Part shown: positions 46,445 to 58,000 of the stretch, in pieces
How the letters are laid out: each line of letters begins with the position of its first letter
Position numbering within the stretch: the first letter of the stretch is position 1
Assembly: GCF_964355755.1 (NCBI RefSeq)
Contig: NC_092672.1
Span: 2,852,001-2,916,000, forward strand
DNA length: 64,000 nt
Reading direction: 5' to 3'
Origin: Antedon mediterranea
Taxonomy: Eukaryota > Animalia > Echinodermata
Translations under genes and position numbers: made by a program
The notes under the pieces: model-generated
Databases searched by the model: none
Told to the model about the DNA's origin: nothing
Seen by the model: only the letters and a program-made list of their open reading frames with translations

Positions 46445-46982
46445 GGCCAATTTGCACAGACGAGCGGTAGCGTTAAGCTTGTCCAACGTAAAATCTGTAT
46501 ATATCCTGAGCGGAAACCGGCTGTCCGCTCTGCGTTGTGTGAAATGGTCATAAGAAATAACATAGATTCTATAATTATTTCTATTAGTGTTACCGCTCGC
46601 TTAACGGTAGGCGGAAAACCGCGTAGCTTGTCGTGTCACCCGTAAAATAAGTATCTAGCTATCATGAGCGGAAAACGCGCGTAGCTTGACCCCGTAAGTT
46701 CTTTATTCTGAGCGGATCGGAAACTACCCGTCCGCTCCGCGGTGTGTGTAAATGGCCATAAAGCTTGGTTTCCCGTAGAACGTAACGCAAGGACGTAAAC
46801 GCAACGCAAGCGTATTAACCAATAACAAGCGACAGTTCGAATAATCTATCGCTTGTGATTGGTCAATTCAGTTACGTTGTGTTACGTCCCTGTGTTGAAT
46901 CTCCAGTGAGAACCAAGCATTAGGAATAACACAGATTCTATATTTTGTATTACGGTTGCCGCTTATCTGTGTAAATTGGCAT
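46445..46982. mobile_element. MITE family 3 (GGCCAxTTTxCACAGACGAGCGG...TGTGTAAAxTGGCC) cluster with an embedded family 2 copy; another copy at 57801-57975
   Basis: Matching termini at both loci. Confidence 0.7.
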
Positions 46983-47659
46983 TACGGTCAAACTGCACTT
47001 GTACAAACACATGAGTATATAAAAGAAATAATACCCAACGTCTAAACATTATTTATTCACTGGATGGCACGGTATTATAATTAACTAATCAGTATCATAG
47101 GCAAGTTCTGTAATACAGTGTCACATAAGGGCCTTTTATTATGTTACAGTATATGGTTGGTTATGTTATGCTTATGTACTAACATACAGGCGTCAAATGT
47201 AATACACTATGCGAAACTATTACATCATTTTCCAGTGATACTCGTCAAACTAAAGTACCGAGAATAGGCTAATATTATTATTTAATTTTATTTAATCAAA
47301 GTTGTGACTACATTACATTTATTGCGACAACAATTACTATATATAATAACACATTCTTAACACTGTGCGTCATTAGGTTAACATACATACAACGTATAAT
47401 ACATCTGAATTATATTTATATCTTTAGAATTTGTTTTGGTGAAGATTTTGTACGAATCCACTTTGAAGCCGTCACACGAGTACAGTAACTGTTCAAGAGT
47501 CAACTCAAGCGAGTTGACCAATGACAAGCCACTGTTTGCATAATCCATCGCTTGTGATTGGTCAAATCAATTACGTTGCGTTACGTACTTGCGTCGCTAG
47601 TGGGAACCAAGCTTTAAGTTGCGTTGCGTCTCCCATGTGAGAACCAAGCCTAATGCAGA

Positions 47660-48573
47660 TCAAGAGTAACACGCAACGGTTCTTGTAATGGTTCTTCGAA
47701 AACCCTCTCGAAACGCTTTCAACATAAAATTATAAATAATGGGATTTATTGACAAACTTAAAATGCTTGTAACTTCTGCAAATGTTCTAAATATATTCAT
47801 AGGGTAATTTGTAGGTTTATACCCAACGTGAATCGCCATATATAACAACATTGGCGACCAGCATACGAAAAAGCCAATCACCACTGTCATCGTAGTCTTT
47901 ATAGTTTTACGCAGCGACGTTCTCGCTCTCCACTTGGCATATTTTCATCTTTAACTTTTTCCGAAATAGAAAATATTTTTCTGTAAATCACTGCAATAGT
48001 ACAAAATGTCAATACGATACCGCAAATTCTCATTACTTCGTAAACACGGTACGCTGAATAGCTGTATGTTTGACAAACGCTTGGATGGCTGCAATCCTGA
48101 TCTTCCTCCAGGCCACCGAATAGGAGCACGAGACCCCAAATCACTCCGATTGTCCACGAAAAAATACCTACATAAACCGCGTAAATAAGACGCGCATGCT
48201 TTTTGTATTTATACGGATATGAAATGGCAAAAAATCTATCAAGTGTGATAAAAAATAGATGCCATACTGAAACTGGACAGCAGATATACAATGGGATGTA
48301 CCAGATATCTCCCTTTAAAGCAGTGTCGCTAAAACTTGTTCTGGAATATATATTAACGTATACAGCCAGCGGTACACCAATAATCGATGATAAAAAGTCC
48401 GAACACGTCAGGCTCGCGAGAAGTATTAAAATGACTAATAAGTTACCAAAAGCTCCAACAAATGCGAATAAAGATGTTAGTCCACAACAATTGAATAACA
48501 TATAGTAATAAAAACTGTCCGATTCAATTTCTTTCGTGCGTTTTTCCTCCATTATCCTTTCAAAATAAAACAT
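47660..48573 (-). pseudogene. Intronless rhodopsin-like (class A) GPCR with a frameshift before TM6 and an apparent ICL1 deletion
   Basis: GNLLV, LTCSD, TLDRFFAI, CWSP and NPIIY motifs are split over two ORFs. The frame changes at ~47900-47945 (the second frame reads RKTIKTTMTVVIGFFVCWSP). TM1 runs directly into TM2. Confidence 0.8.
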
Positions 48574-49878
48574 GACAAAATTAGGAACCGAAATGTATTG
48601 ATTTCAGAAGCAATATAGGTCTACTATAAAATATAACTTCGTGGTTACATTAATCAACAACAATTGTTTTGTAACAGGGGTTTCTACTTATTATAAGCTA
48701 TGTTTCAGAGATTCCCCTTTTCCATTCTTTTGTTTTGTAATAACTAATATGATTATGTGTGTATCATTTTGTGAATGGAAATAAAGAAAGAAAGAATAAA
48801 CTCTCACGAAAGTGTAAAACTATGACCGAGAGACAAATCAAGTATGAAAAGACTAAATCACCTAACTGATATCTGATTTGATATTTTTAAGCCTATGCAC
48901 TGCAATAATAATAATCTCCTAAAGTCGATGCGCAAGTAATACAATATAAAACGTCTACCAATGACAGAATAAAAGTGATGAAACCAATGTATGACAAAAA
49001 AATGTCTTTTTTATATTTTCAATAATCAATTTCTCATTATATTACTCGATATTACAGTTAAAACTTGCCTAGCAGAAACAAATCAAAAAAAAAAAAATAG
49101 AAAAAGAATTACTGTACTTCAAAAACGTTTGACGTTCCAACTTGCCTTAAATTATGTTAAATTGGCCCTCAGAGACTTTCTTTACAGCAGCACTCCTGTA
49201 CATAAATAATAATATAACTTATCGACAGTACATGTTTACACTTGATGCCGTTACCATCCAATTGCTGGACTTAAGAACATCTGAGGAGCACAGTGTATCT
49301 ATGACAGCGCATCGATCAGTGACTAAAGGCAATCCTATTGGTACCAACCAATCAGATTATGTTACAGGATAACAATTTCCAATATTTTGTTTGTCACATG
49401 AAGTTTGATAGTGTGATAGAGCTCTGTCTATCTACACTATCAAACTTCATGTGACAAACAAATTTGATGTGCTAAAAATGGACATCAATGATGATGTCAT
49501 GATGGGCACATCACACTTTTTTGTCAAACCAGTTTGATAGTGTAGACAGAATAGGATCGCCCTTTCAAACAACGTATACGTACGTCTCATTTGAGGCTTA
49601 GGGAGTGAAAGAGTCGGGATCATCGGCACTAGGTCAGGATTGAACCCGTACCTTGGGAATGGAAGGCAAGTTTGTATCAATTTATCAAAACTAAATAGCG
49701 GATGCTAGTTTTGTGTTTCCATAAACTACACAAAAGCATTAAAAATAAATGATCGATTGATAAATTCTGTTTTCCTGTATTTCTTATACCACTAACATGT
49801 ATGATAATTGTAAATAAGAATGTCAATATTGAAAAAAAAATAACTATCTATTCTATCTAACAATAACAAACAGAAACA

Positions 49879-51131
49879 CTAGACATGAAACTCGTCACTT
49901 TGACGAGTTAGTTATCCGCACCACGACAAACGCCACGTGCACGTCATACGTTGGAATATTGCACACAGATAAAGATTATGGCATTATGACAAGAACTGAA
50001 GAATATGATATGCTGTTAGTGCTGAATTCTGTCAATTTTGTGTCATATAGTATATACATGCAAACACTACAGTATAATCTGTATACATATTACATACAGT
50101 GTAGAATAGGTGAAATTACGGGACCCGCCATTTATTCCAATTTTTAACATGGCGACGGTATCAAAATGAAACACTTAGATAGCAATTTCAGAAGGAAATT
50201 ATCTTAGGAACAACATATTAACGTGTAGAAGAAATTTGAATACGTAAAATATAGATGCGCACCCTTTTAAATGTGATGAACTATTACGCAAAATATGAAA
50301 ATACAACTTTTTTTATTCAACTGGCCATATGATGACGTCACAACATCCGATTGGCAAAATGTTTACATGAATTCGTATCTACAATCCAATAGCTTCCAGA
50401 AAACGTTTTAATCGTGATTATCACATTTTATTCCTACGAGCTATTACAGAATAAAATTTACTGTAAAGATGAAATTAATGACCCACGTAATTGAAATTTT
50501 TAGGCATGATGACGTCATAAAAATTAAAATATTTTTATCTCATGCTAAAGAAAGTTGATTGACCTACACAATATATAAATGTAGGAGAAAAAGGAATACA
50601 GATAAGCGTGATGCGCTCCATTGAATGTGATGAGCAATAACGAAACAGACAAAAATCCTATATTTTACATTCGTGTGGCCATACGATGACGTCACAATGT
50701 TTTTTTTAGCCTTATCGATGCATGATCCGTTATCTACAACTCATCAACTTCTAGATTTTGTAATAAAAATAAACGGTTCACGGTTTACTTTAGAAACTAT
50801 GACTGTTTAAAAAAAGACAAAATTTTGACGATTTTTTAAGCTTTTTCATAAAAAACGCGCATGAAATGTTTAATTCAACGTGTTCGTATGGCGTTATTTA
50901 AATTGGAAAAGGTCTAAATTGTTTTCAAAATTACTAGGAAAGGCTTGAAAAATATAATTCAATTCGTAAATGCCCATATATTGTCAAAGTTATGAAATGT
51001 TATGTGTACACATTTTAGAGAAACGCGATCCACAAAAAGGAAGGATGGAAAGAAGAATAATACAGAAAAAAACTGTTGATCTCATACAATAACAAGGAGT
51101 TATCCGCTTGGTATACCAAGCGGATAACTAA
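49879..51131 (-). mobile_element. Non-autonomous Helentron/HINE-like rolling-circle element
   Basis: On -: 5' palindrome AGTTATCCGCTTGG-TATA-CCAAGCGGATAACT, TTC-rich tract, 3' subterminal repeat GCGGATAACT, hairpin AACTCGTCA-AAG-TGACGAGTT, and CTAG terminus. Confidence 0.8.
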
Positions 51132-51454
51132 TTATTATTGTCTTATATAAGTCAAAAATGCTCTCCAGGTGGAATGCCATCCTGAGATGAGTAGTAGTAA
51201 TTAGTACAGTCTTCTTTTTTATTTTTTATTGAATTAAACAATCATATCTTAATGGAGATTCATGTCCTAAATTTAGGTAGTTTTCTGACCTGTGTCTTTT
51301 TGAATTTTGATTGTATTTTAAAATTGTACATACATTAGCATGTTGAACATTACCTTTGTATATATGTTGGTGTAGGGATTCTGCTGTAATTTTTCTTTTA
51401 AATTTGTTCTTTCTTTTTCGTATTTATATGGTGTTGGATTATTTTGTAATATCT

Positions 51455-51565
51455 ACACTCTACAATGTCTACATCTACAGTTAAGTTGTCGATTCATCAA
51501 ATTCTACAACTAAACCACTCGTCGAACACGTTTAATACAGTACCTGCGGAGACTATACACATCAT
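51455..51565 (+). pseudogene. Truncated duplicate of the 5' end of the downstream GPCR
   Basis: Aligns to ~52455-52563 (CTCTACAATGTCTAC...GTCGAACACGTTT..TACAGTACCTGCGGAGACTATAC), with an indel and TGG>TAA. Confidence 0.85.
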
Positions 51566-52261
51566 TTTTTTATTTCATTATTTTTAAATTAATTTAATAA
51601 CTTTATACGTATTTATTTTTTCATAATTTTCTATTTACAAGTAATTTATAAAGGCAATCTCGTCACAAGATTCACATCTTTTTGGGATCTGCCTTGGTCC
51701 ATTTTCTTCTTTATCTCTTGCCATTGTTGTTTTTTGTTACTTTTTGTCTTTTGGACGTTAATAAATGTTCTTTGAATTGAATTGAAAATAATTAAATTAT
51801 TTGGAATTATCTAGCATCCATTGTTAATCGTCGACAAAAGCAGGCACAGTGAATACTGTAAACATGACAAAGGTTGATCGTCGCAAATCGAAAGCTAGTA
51901 ATATAATACGATGTCAACTCTTCCCATTGGCTATATCTTTTTGTATACGATTCTCTAGATGTACAATCACCGCGGTCTTGTAGGTATAATTGACTAAACG
52001 TCAACGTTCAAGATGACCTGACATTTAATATCGAATTCTCATTCCAAAATATATCACTAAATAAACATTAATATCATATATTGCTACTCTTGAGTGTTGC
52101 GACTTGTAAGCCAGGTTTAGTTATGTTTTTGACACCACCAATAAGGAACGACATTATCATGCTTTACGCGAACACAAGAAGACTGCTTGGCTCACGTATC
52201 AATTATACACAATTTAACCGCCGATTATTTTATAATATATAATTTTCTATAAACGTTTGGA

Positions 52262-52428
52262 CAGTGGCGTAACGCAGAGGCCCCTGGATTAGGAACCATA
52301 AGGAGTCCTCCAACGCTAGATGTTTTTAGCCTTTTTCGACATATTTTAATGCCTGTTTTTTCCTCTGGGCACACTCATAAGCCCCTGGGTTTAGCCAGTG
52401 AGCGTTCATAGACGTTACACACACACTG
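52262..52428. mobile_element. hAT-like MITE remnant upstream of the GPCR ATG
   Basis: Starts CAGTGGCGTAAC, ends GTTACAC..CACTG, with GGCCCC motifs inside. Confidence 0.45.
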
Positions 52429-52463
52429 CGTTTGGACGAAGCTGCGGTGTAACCCTCTCTACA

Positions 52464-53369
52464 ATGTCTACTACGTCCACTACAGTTTTCGATTCTTCAA
52501 ATTCTACGACTAAACCGCCCGTCGAACACGTTTGGTACAGTACCTGCGGAGACTATATACATCTGTATATCCTGACAATAGGTTATGCTATTTGTTCGAT
52601 AATAAACTTATTATTTTTGCTAACAATCGCGAGATCTTCACAGCTTCATACAAAAACAAACGTATTCGTATCAAGCTCAACTATTTCCCGAATTATTTGC
52701 TCAGTTATGGGCTGGATGTACATAGGACTGTTTTTATCAAGCGCAATACTATTTGATTTTCAGATTGTTGTTTTATGGGAAAATATGGTGACTATAGAAA
52801 TAGTTCATATTATAACAATTGCGTTAGACAGATACCTAGCGGTGTTTAAGCCCGTGTTGTATATTAGAATCAACCCAATTCACTATAGACGCATTTGCTA
52901 TGCACTGTGGCTTGGAATGGCGGCAAACATGTTGTTGGGAATATATTACGAAGAAACTGGACTCGTTACAATGTGCTCCTTGGGTTTAATTACTATAATA
53001 CCGTCTAGTATTATATATGGTCTCGTCTACAAAACGTTGATCAAAAAAGAAAAACTGTGTACGGAACAAAGTAGGAAGACACGACTTATAAAATCACGCA
53101 AAGTTTCACTGACATTATGTCTGGCTGTTACGACAAACATGTGTTTCCTTTTTCCGTATGTCGTTTATATCATCGTTGCCGCCGTTATATCTTCATCGCT
53201 CGATTATAAAGATCATTATTCGATTATATATATGTGTTACACGGATTGGTTTTTAATTATGTATTTGGTATGCACGCCTATTGTATTTTGGATACGTTTA
53301 CCGGTATACCGCAACTGTACAAAAAACGTATTACGTTGTAGACAACGAAGTTTAACGGTTAACCCTTAA
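52464..53369 (+). CDS. Intronless divergent class A GPCR (~301 aa)
   Basis: Seven hydrophobic segments, Ser/Thr-rich N-terminus with NST sequon, LHTKTNVFV in ICL1, IALDRYLAVFKP, CFLFPY in TM6. First ATG is at 52464. Confidence 0.9.
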   Translation: MSTTSTTVFDSSNSTTKPPVEHVWYSTCGDYIHLYILTIGYAICSIINLLFLLTIARSSQLHTKTNVFVSSSTISRIICSVMGWMYIGLFLSSAILFDFQIVVLWENMVTIEIVHIITIALDRYLAVFKPVLYIRINPIHYRRICYALWLGMAANMLLGIYYEETGLVTMCSLGLITIIPSSIIYGLVYKTLIKKEKLCTEQSRKTRLIKSRKVSLTLCLAVTTNMCFLFPYVVYIIVAAVISSSLDYKDHYSIIYMCYTDWFLIMYLVCTPIVFWIRLPVYRNCTKNVLRCRQRSLTVNP

Positions 53370-55031
53370 AGCGTGTTCCCACTAGAACGCAACGCAACGA
53401 CGTATTGACGCAAAGTGCTGTATTTCGTAATCACAAGTGGGAACCGACGACGCAACAGTGATGCAAACATCGCAGGTTTGATTTCACGCAGGCGGGGGCA
53501 AACACAATTACTGGAAGGGCATTTTCTTACATTGCGTCGATTGCGTTACGCTGCGTCGCTAGTGGGAACCAAGCTTTAAAGCTTGACGCCACCAGAGACG
53601 CAACCGCGTTCGCCAACTGTTGCGGCGTTTTGTTATGTCGCGAATTTTTTAACGACAAATTACTATCTATAAAGCACCTTAATACAAAAATCGGTTATAC
53701 AAATAGTTTAACATAAAATGCATTTAATTACCGTACTTTAGATATTAAACATTAATTACAATTGGATCTGACCTCTTCGATAATTTAAAATCTGATTCTA
53801 GTACAAATGGTGTAAACATTTAATTATCCTTAATATCAACATACATTTTAGTACTGTACTAGTCAGTATTAAACATCGTAGTATTTACTTTAAACTTGAT
53901 TGTCAGTATTGGTATTGAGCTAAATCATAAATCATAGAAATAAGCTTGGTTCCCAATTAAAAAAAACAATGCAATGATGTAAGCGCGCCACGTACAATTT
54001 GACCAATCACACCGCGGTGAACAACTGAACTGTCGCTTGTGATTGGTCAACTCACTTGAGTTGTGCCTACGTCATTGCGTTGCGTCCATGTATAAACCAA
54101 GCTTTATAAAGAACAGAAATTCATAGTATTTTGACCAAAAGAAACAATGGTTTGGTCAAATTTATAATAGAGTTGAAATTTCTTTTAGAAAAAATTATAG
54201 AGCATATTATTAAAAATAAGCAGAAACCATATTGTGGTATTTTTTCTTCATGGTATTATACTACCATATTGATCACATTTTAAAGTGAAACAGAATGAAT
54301 TTAATAATTTTGTTCAATGTTGGGGAAACAGTTTAAAGTGGTTTTCTTACAAAAGTGGCACAATAATACCATGGAATGAGGAAATTGGCTCAACATACTG
54401 TAGGCTTATCAACACTTTTACAACATGCACAGTCAATTTAGTGAACACAATCTTTAAGCTCTGTCTTCACTATCAAACTTTGTGACAAAAAAATGCGATG
54501 TGCCCATATATGGACATGATGATGTCATATCGTTACCATATTTGGGCACATCACACTTTTTTTGTTTGATAGCGCAGAGAGCTTTAGATTTTGTTACTAC
54601 AATTTAGAAACATAGAAATTGCACACGTAATAGTGATAAATAAAGCCCATGATTGGGTCATCATAATATATACAGGACACACACACACACAGTCAGCCAG
54701 GCTGGACACCTTATGAGCCGGCACCCGGTTAGCTTCAAACTCAACAAGACCTCTGCAGAGACTGATATTTATAGGTCACAAAGTGTGATTTGAGGCCTAG
54801 AAAAATTGTCTACATAAATCCTACTTTTAAGCTAATATTTAGAAAAAAGATATTAGAAACCGTAATATTATATTGAATCTTACTGAAATTTATCCCTAAT
54901 TATTAATAAAAATGTTATCACACTACTTAACAAATACTGTGTATTATCAAGCTAACCAGGTGCCACCCATAACTACAAATATATTTTCAATTTAGCATTA
55001 CAAATTTAATAAATAAATCGACAGCCTGTTG

Positions 55032-58000
55032 TCAATGCCGATGCGTGCTATCCCTACTCCAGCTGCGACTGTATCGTGTGAGTGAGGGCGTCCTGCTGCT
55101 ACGTGAGCGACTGGTATATGAATAGTAAGAACTGTCAGATCCTGAGGGGCTTGTGACTGGTCTCGAGTATGGTATTGGACGTTTTCTGGCACTGCGAACA
55201 AAAATGATAAATTAGGTGTTAGAACATACAGATTGTGAACTTTATACAAAATCACATATGCCTACTGTAATTTCTGGAAATACTTTTACTTTTTATCATA
55301 TTCTCTTTTAAATAATGTACAAGTAATATGATTTGGCCTTTATTTGTTGTTGCTGTTGCTACTAGATTTTATGGTACTAATCTCACTGCAATACTGTATA
55401 CATTAATAACTAATACATATGCTACTTTAGCGGTTAAAGCCTGTTTTCCTGTCGACGTTATTCGACGCTATCGTCGTTGATAGTTAACAGTTCAACGACG
55501 ATCGTTTGAAAACGATCAAGTTGAAATGATAACGATAGCGAGTACCTTTTCCTGTAAATCGTTACCATTTCAATGTTTACGTAGAAGATCGCCGATTATT
55601 GTTAACGATAGCGTTGAATAACGTCGACAGGAAAACAGGCTTAATGAATCAATTTTACCTAAAAAATTCCCTATATTCAACTAAACATGCTCTATGTTAG
55701 TTAATTCTATACTTTATATTAGTAGTGTGTAAATAGAGAGATAGCTGAATTATTGATTGTGAAATTTAAAAAAAATTAGTTTATCTATATATTTCTGAAT
55801 AATAGACAGGCATTCAGTATTATTCAACCAATAATTTATAAAATATTAAAAAAATTAACATTGTTAATAGTAAATTATAAATGTGTTATTCAGATTGTTA
55901 GCAAAATAATACACCAGTAAAATTAGTATTAAAAGCATGATTTTAAACTGATTGTAGTAGCATTGACAACAAAACAATAAGTAAAGTTATTAGTATGATA
56001 ATTGTTAGTTATTAAACATGATAATCTGTAAAAACAGTGAAATGCGTTATTTGATTAAATACATAAAAAAAAAGAACTCGGAAACGCTGAAATGATGATT
56101 AAATGTTAATAGATAATACTCTAAAAAAACAATATGTGATGAGATCAGTCTTTTACATAAGTAGCAGAATAAGAATGATCAGATTGTTTTCAACAAATTG
56201 GAATTGAAAATGTAATACATTAACATTTAGTAAGTGAAGCATAGGAATTGATTAAAGGTACAGGGCGACAGGTACAGGGCGACAGAACAAGCGGATAGAA
56301 GGGCGTCCGTCATGAATTTAACACAATAGACTGATTTGATATTTTATTGAAACATTAGTAAAGCTCTATCAACACTACACTAGTTTTAAGTGTGATATGG
56401 CCGAATATGGTAGTGATATTCCTAAATATGGTAGTGATATTCCTAAATATGGTAGTGATATTCCTAAATATAGTAGTGATGTGACACAGGTCACAACACA
56501 TTATTTTGTCACATAAAGTTTGATAGTGTAGACAGAGCCTTAGCTTCTAGATTGTATATAATTGGGAGTATTTAACTTGGGATGACATATGACCTCAACT
56601 CAAACACACAATAAATTAATGTGATGTCACAGGTCGTAGGTCATCCCAAATCACTAAAATCCTTAATAAAACAAACACTTCAAATATTCTGTCTAAAGTT
56701 ATTAATAAACAAAGCAGAAGATTCAAACAAAACATCACAAATACAAACTCTACAAGCTCAAACATAACATCTCTTAAGCTCTGTCTACACTATCAACTAG
56801 TTTGACAAAAAAGTGTGATGTGCTCAAATAGGGTAATGATATGCCCAAATATGGTAATGATATGACATAATCATATCCATATATGGGCAAATCACATAAA
56901 GTTTGATAGTGTAGACAAAGCTTTAGTTAAAGATTGTTATACATAATGAACACATTTCATTGCATACAATATGAAAACAGACAGTACACTATATTACAGT
57001 AAAATAAAACAAATAATCACAATACAGTATAATACCAACAGAGAAACAACACAGTATATCAATAGCGTTGTACAATACCACCATGATCACAAATACTACA
57101 TTTTAAAGTAAAATGAAAACGTTCATGTAAAGAATGGAAGACATTAGCAAGATAGATAGATGTAAACCATTGATCGCAAACTTTACAGATCAATTAAATA
57201 GCAATCAATTTTTCTCTCAATCTATCAATCAATCATCAACCAATCAAGGATCTAATTACACCACACAAAAATTAACGAGGATCGCTAACACTTACTGCGC
57301 AATCAGTGTTCTAATTAGCCACATGGCCATGTGGCTGCTTGATTAATGAAGCTATTATTATGACTGGTGAGCATGTACAGATGTTATGCTCTCCTTCTTT
57401 GTAGTATGTTTTGCATATTGAAAGTTCCACGACAACATAAAAAATGAGTAATGCAATTTGTTTGAAATAAAAAAAGCCAATATAAACAAAGCAATATATA
57501 GAGATATGAAACGGACTAAATAAAATGATTGATGCAACATGGAAAACACCAAAAAATGTGGAAGAGAGAGCAACGTTAACAACACCCAAAAGTATGTTTA
57601 AAAAGCTACAAAAAAGCAAGATGCAATAACAAATACAAAGAAGCCACAGATCCCATGCAAAAAAACAAAATTATATTCCATTCTAATGCAATTCAAAGTC
57701 TATTCCATGGCATGCATGTAATAGTACAGCAACTATTTAGTTATAGGGACAATGTCAAAATTGTTCTACTTCACTTACTACTGTACATTTTACTCTTTAA
57801 GGCCAGTTTACACAGACGAGCGGTAACGGTAAGAAAAAAAAAAGAATCTATTCCTAATGACTATTTATACACAACGCGAAGCAGATATGCGGTATCTGCT
57901 CAGGATACAGATTCTACGTGGGACAAGCTACTCGGTTTTCCGCTTACTATTACTGCGTATCTGTGTAAACTGGTCATTCAATTATTAAGGCAGCTTTTCT

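Noticed and set aside
52398-52463. N-terminal extension of the GPCR shown in the ORF track
   Set aside because: It starts at GTG within a MITE remnant. The duplicated fragment at 51455 shares homology only from just before the ATG at 52464.
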